From: a virus | Taxonomy: Duplodnaviria > Caudoviricetes | Strand: one strand, 5' to 3' | Virus record (IMG/VR): IMGVR_UViG_3300025401_000012 | Length of the DNA: 64,000 bases | In this document: piece by piece, positions 10,101 to 18,205 of the stretch | Position numbering within the stretch: the first letter of the stretch is position 1 | How the letters are laid out: each line of letters begins with the position of its first letter | The notes under the pieces: generated by a model | What the model was told of the DNA's origin: nothing | What the model saw: only the letters and a program-made list of their open reading frames with translations | Databases searched by the model: none | Position numbers and translations under genes: made by a program

Positions 10101-13100
10101 GTACACCAACAACCAATACCATCGCTTAATACTTGTGTAAAGTCGTTAGCAACAATAGATTTATTTCCGCCAGCATGTAGCGAACCGTCAATTTTTAATC
10201 CAACACATCCAGATCCAAATGTTGTTACATTTTGTATGTAAGGAGATTTTCTAAAAATCCAAGCACTAGTATCATAAGGTCCTTTACCAGGATCTAAACT
10301 AACATATGCACCAGCTGTTGGACGTTGTGTTAGATATGTATTAAGCGGGCCGAGCCCACCTGCTAGTCCATACAATGTCATATTTCTAATACCAGATCCA
10401 TTTCTGCAATAGAACATATTGGCTGTTGTATATCCGCCGACCATAGTACTAGTAGCAACAGTTTGTGAATAACTAACAGTGTATACTCCAAGTCCTCCTG
10501 GTGTTCCAGACACTTGTGCAGAAATTTGAGTTGGGTATAACACAGCTGCTGCCGATATCCACATCCCTATAGCAATGCCGCCAGTTGATACACCCAATGT
10601 CGAAACAGTATATGTACCTAAAAGTGCAAATGTTAGTTGCGTCTGGGTACATGTTAGTACGGTAAATGTTGCATTAACATTTGCAGATGTACTAGTTACT
10701 AATGGTACAAATCCTGATAATGTAATAGAAGACCCGACAACGTAAGGTGCGGACGTTTGACTAGCGTAAGTTGCTGTAGCAATACCATTATTGACAGTAA
10801 ATCCAGTAATATTAATCGATGATACACCGGATACTGTTAATTGTGATCCTGCAATAGTTCCTGTAAATGAAGTATTAATAGGGGAAGGTTGTACAATAGT
10901 ATTACGTAATTCATCTCCTACAATGGCTGTATTTTCAGGAACAGTAATTGGTAGTATTTCGTTGTATGTACCATCTTTGATAAAGATAGTGCTAGTAACT
11001 CCGGTGTTAGTTGGAGGAATAACAGCAGTACTTTGATTAGTTAATGCTGATGTTATAATTCCAATAAGCGAACTAACAAGTGTATTTGATCCGGATTCGG
11101 CGGCAATTTGTCCGCTGTATGTTTGTGTTATGGCTGAACCTGCAATAGTTCCGCCGTTGATATAAGTTGCTGTCGTAGTTGATACATAACTTACACTAGT
11201 AGAACTTACCGCTGTTACTATAAATGTTCCATTATATGATACAGGGTTAACATTAGCAACTGTGATTGTTTCTCCAGCAACAAATGGAACTCGAGATTGT
11301 TGTGCAAATGTTAATGTTATCAAACTACCAGTCGCACTGCCGCCTGTTATAGATACAACAGCCGATGATGCTCCGGTTAATGCTTGATAATTTTGCGAAG
11401 GTGCAGATTGTGCTATTGCATTTTGCATTAAAGATAATAACTGATTTATTGCTGCAATAAAATATGTTATTTCTCCAGCAACATTAGAATTATAAAAATT
11501 ATTTGTTCCTGGTTGGAAGAATGAATATGCAGACGCAACCGATTGGCTATTGCCTCCCCTAGTCATATCATATATCACACCGTCAATGATATATTCTGCA
11601 TCACGTTGTGTTTTATTAGGATCATAAACAGCACCTGGACTAAATGGAGAGTTTGAATTTGTCGACTGATAAGTCATCCAATTATACATTTCGGCAATAA
11701 TCCATTGCTTATTAATTGTTATCAATGTAGCTGCGTTTTGATAATATGCACCAGATTGCACCACTTTACAAGCATAAGCAATGGTTGCAAATGGTGCATT
11801 TAATGAAGTACCATAATTAGGTGCGTCAATTCCGTTAGTGTTACTAACATAATAGACATTATTAATATATCCAAAAGTACTCCATTGAATCTGTGTGCCT
11901 GTTGATTTTAATACTTGACCTACTGTGCCAATTGGCAGTGCAGTAGGTGCATTTGCTACATAAGTTGTAATGTCACCTTGATTAGTCATAACTTCAAGGT
12001 GATCACCTTGAATATAAACAGCCCAATAAGTATTAGATACATCTAACTGTGGATTATTAAAACTATTTGCAGTATGTCCTTGTATACATCTATAAGATGT
12101 TGCATAGTATGTTACAGTATCACCGATAACATAGACTGTACCTAATATCCATTTGTTTAACCAATAACTGCCTGATACAATCAATTGCCAATAACTTGCA
12201 GATGTATTTGGATCATTTCCAATGTTATCTGCAAGACATACATACACTTGCCCGTCTCTTCTGACTACATTGCCAACATAATATTGTGTCGTTAACGAAA
12301 AATCGCCATTAATAGTGTAACCAAACGTAACCAAAGTCCAATCAGTTGCATCGGTACTAGGAACTTGTGCTGTGTTATTTGTATTACTATAATAACTGTA
12401 TCCGCCGTATTTGACGATATCGCCTGGCGCATATCGTGTATTTACATCCCATGGATTTCTATATTCGAGACCTGGAGCATATATAGACCATTTGCTAGCA
12501 TCAAACAATATCCCAGATGTGTGATATGTTGTGCAAACATAAGCATTTGCTCCATATTTTACTACATCTTGAATTTTATATCTAAAACTACCACTCCATG
12601 ATGATTTATAATCAACACCTTGCGCTACAACTTGCCATGAATTAATATCATTTTCTAAACCTAGAGCAATAGTACTTGCACTAAGATGTGCTGCAATACA
12701 ACGGTATACAATACCACCATATCTTACAATGTCATCTAATTTATAGTGTGTACTAACTGTCCAATCGGTAGTCCATTTATCAGTATAAACAAGTGTAACC
12801 CATGAACTTTGATTTGCCTCTAGTGCCAACTGACTTGTGCCTGTAATAGTGCCGCCGTTTGCTGCGCCAGTTGTTGAATTAACATATGTGACACTTGAAG
12901 TTGTACATGCTGTAACTACATAAGAACCGTTATATCCGCTCACAGATACACCGGCAACTGTAATTGTACTACCAACTATAAATGGTGCAATAGCTTGAGA
13001 TTGAAAAGATAACGTAACTGATCCACTAAATGTCGATACCGTTGTTACATTAATATATGCAATAGCCGGAGCACTTACGTGTGCTACAGTGCATCTATAC

Positions 13101-14095
13101 TCAGTACCGCCATATTTTACAATATCGTTTAATCTATAAGTTGTGTTGTTGGTCCAATTGCCGCCAGTCCAATTATCTGTACTAGCATATACAGTCCAAT
13201 AAGGTTGATTATATTCTAGACCAACTTGGCTTGTACCAGTAATAGTTCCAATAGTCGTTAATGCTGAAACTGAAGAATTGGCAAAAGTTACAGATGATGA
13301 ACTGCAATTTAAAACAGTATATGTTCCATTATAACTATTAGGAGCCATACCAGCTATAGTAATAGTTGATCCTACAAGATAAGGTTGCAATATTTGATTA
13401 GCAAACGTCATAGTTACGTTTGTGCCATTTCCTGATACACCTGTAGGTACAATTGGGTTTGATAAATTAACGCTAGTATGCGGATAATTGCAAATATAAA
13501 TTAAACTATTATATCTAACAATCATTCCTAAACTATAGGCTGTATTTGGTTGCCAATTTCCTTGCCATGAATAACCGTCAAACCATAATTGCCAATAAGG
13601 ATTTGGTACGTTAGGTAGTACTTGTGTATTAATAGTATTTAAATCTGCATAGAATCCAGAGTAACTGACTCCGTTCCAAACTGTAGCAACAGCTGGTCCA
13701 GTTACTGATCCCGAAGCACCAGTGTATGTTCCTGCTAAATTGTAACTAACTGTGGTTGTACTAACATTATTGATAGTTGTAATTGCACATGTTGTTACTA
13801 TAAATGTTCCGTTAAATGCTGTTTGCGTAAACCCACTTACTGTAATTGTTTGCCCAACTAAAAATGGTGCTGTTGGAATTGTTTGTGTTGCTGTGAAAGT
13901 TAATACCGCAGTACCACCTGATGCAGTCGCACTAGATACTGTAAGAGTTTGTGTAGGACTAGTACTTGTATGTCCCACTAAGCACACATAACTTTTTCCA
14001 TCGTATCGAACAATATCATCTTTGGTATATGTGGTACTGCCAGCCCAAGTACCTTTCCATGTAAATCTTATTCTGTCTAATCTAAATTGAGCCAT
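7106..14095 (-). CDS. Giant virion structural/fibre-like protein (2329 aa): CBM5/12-like repeats (W-x-G-x-W...Y...D-I-V-x-Y-G-G...C...H), pectin-lyase-like beta-helix, Asp-box beta-propeller
   Basis: ORF track; about 12 WxxxxxYxxxDIVxYGG repeats; SPYIQNVTTFGSGCVGLKIDG / NDFTQVLSDGIG beta-helix motifs; S-x-N/D-G-x-x-W repeats. Confidence 0.88.
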   Translation of the reverse strand: MAQFRLDRIRFTWKGTWAGSTTYTKDDIVRYDGKSYVCLVGHTSTSPTQTLTVSSATASGGTAVLTFTATQTIPTAPFLVGQTITVSGFTQTAFNGTFIVTTCAITTINNVSTTTVSYNLAGTYTGASGSVTGPAVATVWNGVSYSGFYADLNTINTQVLPNVPNPYWQLWFDGYSWQGNWQPNTAYSLGMIVRYNSLIYICNYPHTSVNLSNPIVPTGVSGNGTNVTMTFANQILQPYLVGSTITIAGMAPNSYNGTYTVLNCSSSSVTFANSSVSALTTIGTITGTSQVGLEYNQPYWTVYASTDNWTGGNWTNNTTYRLNDIVKYGGTEYRCTVAHVSAPAIAYINVTTVSTFSGSVTLSFQSQAIAPFIVGSTITVAGVSVSGYNGSYVVTACTTSSVTYVNSTTGAANGGTITGTSQLALEANQSSWVTLVYTDKWTTDWTVSTHYKLDDIVRYGGIVYRCIAAHLSASTIALGLENDINSWQVVAQGVDYKSSWSGSFRYKIQDVVKYGANAYVCTTYHTSGILFDASKWSIYAPGLEYRNPWDVNTRYAPGDIVKYGGYSYYSNTNNTAQVPSTDATDWTLVTFGYTINGDFSLTTQYYVGNVVRRDGQVYVCLADNIGNDPNTSASYWQLIVSGSYWLNKWILGTVYVIGDTVTYYATSYRCIQGHTANSFNNPQLDVSNTYWAVYIQGDHLEVMTNQGDITTYVANAPTALPIGTVGQVLKSTGTQIQWSTFGYINNVYYVSNTNGIDAPNYGTSLNAPFATIAYACKVVQSGAYYQNAATLITINKQWIIAEMYNWMTYQSTNSNSPFSPGAVYDPNKTQRDAEYIIDGVIYDMTRGGNSQSVASAYSFFQPGTNNFYNSNVAGEITYFIAAINQLLSLMQNAIAQSAPSQNYQALTGASSAVVSITGGSATGSLITLTFAQQSRVPFVAGETITVANVNPVSYNGTFIVTAVSSTSVSYVSTTTATYINGGTIAGSAITQTYSGQIAAESGSNTLVSSLIGIITSALTNQSTAVIPPTNTGVTSTIFIKDGTYNEILPITVPENTAIVGDELRNTIVQPSPINTSFTGTIAGSQLTVSGVSSINITGFTVNNGIATATYASQTSAPYVVGSSITLSGFVPLVTSTSANVNATFTVLTCTQTQLTFALLGTYTVSTLGVSTGGIAIGMWISAAAVLYPTQISAQVSGTPGGLGVYTVSYSQTVATSTMVGGYTTANMFYCRNGSGIRNMTLYGLAGGLGPLNTYLTQRPTAGAYVSLDPGKGPYDTSAWIFRKSPYIQNVTTFGSGCVGLKIDGSLHAGGNKSIVANDFTQVLSDGIGCWCTGPGSLTELVSVFSYYCHAGYLAELGGKIRATNGNSSYGKYGVVAETFDITEVPISASVNNRFFQAQVYSAFAGQAQNKILKLEFSNCGQNYSSATYTFAGAGLYASVIADEFRDYGIFETHLTGSSLGLGGSGYLTAGNQSSGGNTTSIYLATSDTNTALNYVGLRLVIISGTGVGQYGYIQAYNASTKLATIYTESTNQNGWDHIIAGTPIVSTLDTTTQYQIEPRLTFSSPGFTATARTIAVNNWISVAYGNNLYFALDNAGLTATSTNGTSWTSSTALSAGTWTACAYGNNIFVFVGTTTSAAYYSSGTYGSSSMPTSASWSAVTYNSIAGQFLAIATYGLTTATSSNGSSWSPAGSLVGPAAWSGVAWGSGPGVYVAVSGYSVGTGSILASNISAYSTNGATWVGTTMPSSAYWSSVAYGNGRFVSVDAGNVGTATTTKAAYSLDGITWYASTLPQAGNWVSVSYGQGLFIATGLSSSVCLTSQDGLNWTVRTLPGSTQAYNAVVFGNPTVTGNITPTWVTVAGNNVGVAVSIATGATAFARATISSGGIGVIKMQEPGSGYLATPTLTIYDPNVVSGTLAQGTTTFTVSGTSIASAGSYSNVTQLTTSGVGSGAVFTINKTGSGTTYTSLNTTVSITTAGSNYAVGDTITIPGTSLGGGGGNNLILVVGTATGTQGTFATTLCRTGTGVLANPSFVNRGTGYQTSTTTVTVSGNGFADILQGPQNLICSGITVAPTPGANLVIAGSAVQYNIVLITQLSTNIYQFQLSINLDNSLQPAHGTSVTIRVKYSQVRLTGHDFLYIGTGNFGTTNYPNVDISTALQNQQIQYNGGGRVFVVSTDQDGNFKVGNLFGVQQATGTVTISASLFNLNGITSLAIGGFSVGTNAVIINQFSTDSYFTANSDTIIPTQKAIKSYMSRAIAAGGSNAFTSLLTAGTVAVGLSNGQNEIFSTTGAAVKISNKAYFPQAGAGSQGVDGSMIAQIFFNNSNSGLL

Positions 14096-14113
14096 TACTA
14101 TTAACCTTTAATT

Positions 14114-14473
14114 TTATGGGTTTGTTGAGTATGTATATGTTTGATTTACTCGTGCAACAAATTCTCCGCTAGTAGGATCTAGATAATAGTTAATACTAAT
14201 GTCGTCCCATCTAAACTGTTCGTAATTTAAATTTGCATTTATCAAATTATGATAAACATCTCTACCTTCAAAAAAATCAACACCTTCATCAAATGATAAT
14301 AAATTACCGTTTTGATCGCCAGGGTTATTTATAAACACGCTATCTGTTCCAGTTAATTGATCAACTTTTGTCAAATATAAATCACCTTGATCTGTTCTAC
14401 GAAGGGCGTAAAAAAATCTAGGTCTGCCGCCTAAAATATCAGTTGATGGTGTGTTTGATCCTACATATGACAT
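14114..14473 (-). CDS. Hypothetical virion-associated protein (119 aa)
   Basis: ORF track; tightly packed in the late operon with AAGGA-type SD; protein-like composition. Confidence 0.8.
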   Translation of the reverse strand: MSYVGSNTPSTDILGGRPRFFYALRRTDQGDLYLTKVDQLTGTDSVFINNPGDQNGNLLSFDEGVDFFEGRDVYHNLINANLNYEQFRWDDISINYYLDPTSGEFVARVNQTYTYSTNP

Positions 14474-14483
14474 AATTTTATCC

Positions 14484-15044
14484 TTAACTAATTTCTACCC
14501 AGCTCATTACCAAATCTAATGTATTAGAAATATTAGATGTTACAAATACATTATTGGCATTACCTAATACTAATTTTTCTCCGTTAGATACTACTCTTAA
14601 ACTTTGATAAGCAGGTACTGGAATATTTCTAATATAATATGCTGTTGTTCCTGCTAGAGTGTCTTGTAGTTGAATAGTTGCTAGCGTTGTCTCTGAACTT
14701 GTGTTAGTTAAACTAAGCCCAATAACTGTTGTAGTTGCCGAAGAATTAGAAGTTAATATAGTATTCACAATAGTACCGCCGGTAGCTGCACCAGTAGTTG
14801 AATTTGAATAAGTTACACTGCTAGTTGTTGCATCAGTCACAATATAACCACCATTATAATTTAATACACTAATTCCTGAAATATAAATGTAACTACCAAT
14901 TGGATACGGAATTGTTGCTTGAGTTGAAAATCTCAATGTTACTGATCCAGCAGAAGGGCTACTAGCAGTAATCGATGTTATTGATAAGGTAGTAGTAGTT
15001 CCACTTACACTAGTTACTAATCTGTTTTTAAATACTGTTGTCAT
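14484..15044 (-). CDS. Small beta-rich virion protein (186 aa) carrying one inserted ~70-aa module; paralogue of 19285..19638
   Basis: ORF track; IGLSLTN...IPVPAYQSL motifs parallel ITSIILCN...LSIPPGETV of the paralogue. Confidence 0.85.
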   Translation of the reverse strand: MTTVFKNRLVTSVSGTTTTLSITSITASSPSAGSVTLRFSTQATIPYPIGSYIYISGISVLNYNGGYIVTDATTSSVTYSNSTTGAATGGTIVNTILTSNSSATTTVIGLSLTNTSSETTLATIQLQDTLAGTTAYYIRNIPVPAYQSLRVVSNGEKLVLGNANNVFVTSNISNTLDLVMSWVEIS

Positions 15045-15047
15045 CGT

Positions 15048-16556
15048 TTATCCAAGTGTTAATACTATTGCTATACTTATATCAGTAGCTTGTGAACTAT
15101 TAATACCACCAGCATTACCTACAATACTTCCCCATGCCGCTCCATTATATACTTCAACTGCTTGCTGATCAGTATTAAATCGAACCATACCTGTTTGGCT
15201 GTATAGAGTCGGCGGTCTATCTGTGGTGCCGTTACCTACTGGAATAACAACACCATATGTTCCAGCAAATTGATAGTAGCCATTGCCAGTAGATGAAAAT
15301 TGTGTAACAGCATTAGTTGTTGTGTTTGTGATGCTATTGCTGTTAAATGATATCGGTCCTAACACAACATTACCAGTACCGTTAGGTGTTAAATTTAAAT
15401 CAGTATTAGTAGTATATGTGCTAATTGTACTTCCGCTAATGTCAATATTTGATGTTTTAAAATCTGTTGAATATAGTTTTGAGCTATCAATATAAGCGGT
15501 GTTTACTCCGCCTGCAACAAAACTAATAACATTGTTACCTGCTCCTGGACTACTTTCTGGAGTAATATAAGTATTTCCGTTAACACTTTGTACTCCACCT
15601 AAATTAGTCCAATATCCGTTAGCATAACCTTCATAACGATTTGTTGAAGTATTATAACGAACCATACCATTTGAACCAGTTGGACGTTGTATTGTAGTGC
15701 CTACTGGAACTATAAAACTTTGAGTACTGTTAATTGTAACACTACCTGTACCTTGAGGAGTTAGTACAATATTTGCGTTGGCACCAACACTACTAATTGT
15801 ATTGTTGTACACACTTAAATTTTCTATTTGGACGCTACCGGTACCATTTGCTGTAAGATTTAAATTACCATTAGTGTTAGTTGTTGTAACTGTATTTCCA
15901 CTAATCTGTACATTACCGCCATTTATAGTTGTTGAATTTACAGTTCCAACATACAAATTATTCCATTGTAAACTGTTTGAACCTAAATTATAAGTAATGT
16001 TTGCACTAGGAATAATATCACTGTTAACTTCGCCGTCAAATGTAACAGTATCTCCAGCATTTGCTCCAAGTGTGATATTGCCGTCTGCTGTAATATTTCC
16101 AGTTGCATGCAGATTACCATTAACTGTTACTTGAACGTTGCCAGCACCATTTCCTAAATTAATCCCGCCAGTGCCGTTGGCTGTAATATTGATTGAACCG
16201 TTAGTATTAGTAGCACTAATGGTATTAGTTGTAAGTTGTAAATTTCCAACTGAAACTACACCTGAAAATACTGTAGGATTAGTACCTGTTGGTAAAAAAT
16301 TAATTGTATTACTAGAACTGCTAACAGTATTACCATTAAAGGTAAATGTAGCTATATTAGCATTAGTAGTTGCTGTTAAATTGGTAGTACGAGTTGTGCC
16401 GTTGACATCTAGATCGTATTGAGGTGTTGTTGTATTAATGCCTACGCGGCTGTTAACAACATCTAAGTAAAGAAGGCTCGTCTCGAAGGCTAAATTGACC
16501 CCGTTACGAAGCAAATTATCCTTTAAGAGCGGACCTGAAATTCGACCAACAGCCAT
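15048..16556 (-). CDS. Virion fibre-like protein (502 aa) with repeated NL-x-LT-x-NGTG-x-V motifs; paralogue of 16675..18189
   Basis: ORF track; MAVGRISGPLLKDNLLRNG N-terminus shared with neighbour; GGGAG SD. Confidence 0.85.
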   Translation of the reverse strand: MAVGRISGPLLKDNLLRNGVNLAFETSLLYLDVVNSRVGINTTTPQYDLDVNGTTRTTNLTATTNANIATFTFNGNTVSSSSNTINFLPTGTNPTVFSGVVSVGNLQLTTNTISATNTNGSINITANGTGGINLGNGAGNVQVTVNGNLHATGNITADGNITLGANAGDTVTFDGEVNSDIIPSANITYNLGSNSLQWNNLYVGTVNSTTINGGNVQISGNTVTTTNTNGNLNLTANGTGSVQIENLSVYNNTISSVGANANIVLTPQGTGSVTINSTQSFIVPVGTTIQRPTGSNGMVRYNTSTNRYEGYANGYWTNLGGVQSVNGNTYITPESSPGAGNNVISFVAGGVNTAYIDSSKLYSTDFKTSNIDISGSTISTYTTNTDLNLTPNGTGNVVLGPISFNSNSITNTTTNAVTQFSSTGNGYYQFAGTYGVVIPVGNGTTDRPPTLYSQTGMVRFNTDQQAVEVYNGAAWGSIVGNAGGINSSQATDISIAIVLTLG

Positions 16557-16561
16557 TTACG

Positions 16562-16650
16562 CTCCCGTATACCCCGTGTTTCACGGTTAACCACCTTACA
16601 TTGCGGGTTTACCACAGTTTAACCATACAGAAAATTGGTCTTTTCTGTAA
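16562..16650 (-). promoter_or_regulatory. Structured 5' leader (candidate cis-regulatory RNA)
   Basis: 9-bp hairpin 16626-16649, TGTGG/CCGCA hairpin, GGTTAA/TTAACC pairing, CCGTG-AAA-CACGG hairpin before GGGAG SD. Confidence 0.55.
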
Positions 16651-16657
16651 TCAAAAG

Positions 16658-16664
16658 TATTTAT
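16658..16664 (-). promoter_or_regulatory. T4-type late promoter ATAAATA
   Basis: GATAAATAC upstream of the structured leader of 15048..16556. Confidence 0.75.
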
Positions 16665-16674
16665 CGATTTTTGA

Positions 16675-18189
16675 TTAGTACCCTAGCATAAGGGTATAAA
16701 TGACTGATAGATCTTGACCATCGGATGCTTGAATTGTACTATTTGTTGCACCTACCCATGGCATCCATCCATAGATATTAGAGTAAACCTCACCAGTAGA
16801 ATTAGTGGGATTGTATCTAATATCACCTTGAACTGGTGTTGTATTTGCCGAAGCCACAGGCATAACTAATCCGTTAGTTCCAGTAAATGTGTAATGTCCA
16901 AAACCAGAAGATATGAATTGAAATGCAGATCCTGTTGTATTGTTAACAACAGCAGAATTACTAAGTGTTAGTGAATTGTCTAAATTAATAAGACCAGTGC
17001 CGTTTGCTGTAAATGTTAAGCTACCGTTTGTGTTATTATTTTGTATAGAATTAGTAGTAATAGCAACATTGCCGCCCAGTAGTTTAACTGTGGTCAACGC
17101 ATTATTTGTAATAGTAGTAGTTACAGTACCTCCTACTCCAAATCTTAGTGTGTTATCTGCAGCGCCAGGTGTTAATTCTCCGGTAATATATGTTAGCTGA
17201 TTTTGACTATACAAGTTGTAAAAATCAACATAGCCTGTATTGCTATAGCCTTCTATATTATTAGTTAAATCGTTATATCTTATCTCCCCATTTGCAGATA
17301 ATACTCTTGTTGTATCGTCACCTATGGGCAATATTACACTAGTTGTAGAATTTACTTGTACATTACCAGTGCCATTGGGTGTAAAAATAATACTTTTTTG
17401 TGCGTTTGTAGTGGCAGCTGGCCAAATATTAGTAATATTATTATTAGCAAAATTTAAATATTCAACATTAACTGTTCCAATACCGTTAGCTGTATAATTT
17501 ACAGTCCCATTGGTAACCGTTCCTGCAATTGTATTTCCAGAAATAGTAAAGTCAGGAAGTACAAAATTACTAGTCGCATTCTTAACATAGATATTTTTCC
17601 AATTTAATAATGCACTACCTAAATTATCTGTCAATGTAGCACTGGGCAAAATGTCACTATTGACTTCAGCATCGAATGTAATAGTATCTGTGGGAGCATT
17701 ACCTAATGTTATATTCCCATCCCATGTGATGTTTCCAGTAGCATGTAAATTGCCAGATATAGTAGTATTATTGTTTAAATTAATAGCACCAGTGCCATTG
17801 GCTGTGATATAAATGCTATCGTTAGTAACTGTATCGCTAATAGTGTTTGTGTACAGATATAAATTTGCTGTACTTAAACCTGGAGTTATTATTGTAGGAT
17901 TGTTACTTTGATTAGGTTGTATTGTAATACTGCTAATCGGATTTTGTATCTGATTAGTTGACACTGATATATTCGAGCCAAGATTAGCCAGTGTGGTTAC
18001 ATTTAAATTAATAGTATTTGTTGTACTATTAACAAACAAATCATTATTTGGACTACTAGAGTTAATACCAATTCGGTTATTAACTACATCAAAATACAAT
18101 AATTGAGTTTCAAAGGCAAGATTATTACCGTTACGTAGGAGATTATCTGACAGTAACGGGCCACTTATTCTACCAAGTTCTCGCCCCAT
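16675..18189 (-). CDS. Virion fibre-like protein (504 aa), tandem paralogue of 15048..16556
   Basis: ORF track; GRISGPLLSDNLLRNG, GNLHATGNIT-x-DGNITLG, DAEVNSDI-x-P shared; GGAG SD. Confidence 0.85.
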   Translation of the reverse strand: MGRELGRISGPLLSDNLLRNGNNLAFETQLLYFDVVNNRIGINSSSPNNDLFVNSTTNTINLNVTTLANLGSNISVSTNQIQNPISSITIQPNQSNNPTIITPGLSTANLYLYTNTISDTVTNDSIYITANGTGAINLNNNTTISGNLHATGNITWDGNITLGNAPTDTITFDAEVNSDILPSATLTDNLGSALLNWKNIYVKNATSNFVLPDFTISGNTIAGTVTNGTVNYTANGIGTVNVEYLNFANNNITNIWPAATTNAQKSIIFTPNGTGNVQVNSTTSVILPIGDDTTRVLSANGEIRYNDLTNNIEGYSNTGYVDFYNLYSQNQLTYITGELTPGAADNTLRFGVGGTVTTTITNNALTTVKLLGGNVAITTNSIQNNNTNGSLTFTANGTGLINLDNSLTLSNSAVVNNTTGSAFQFISSGFGHYTFTGTNGLVMPVASANTTPVQGDIRYNPTNSTGEVYSNIYGWMPWVGATNSTIQASDGQDLSVIYTLMLGY

Positions 18190-18205
18190 ATGTGTCTCCT
18201 AATAA

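Noticed and set aside
2320-11000. DGR template/variable repeat pair between the paralogues
   Set aside because: Mismatches are mostly synonymous third-position changes, not adenine-specific, and there is no reverse transcriptase in the window
16562-16625. c-di-GMP-I riboswitch (GGTAAACC and GAAA present; CGGCCTA in the other leader at ~21757-62)
   Set aside because: The GGGACGCAAA linker and P2/P3 tetraloop-receptor arrangement are missing; only fragments match
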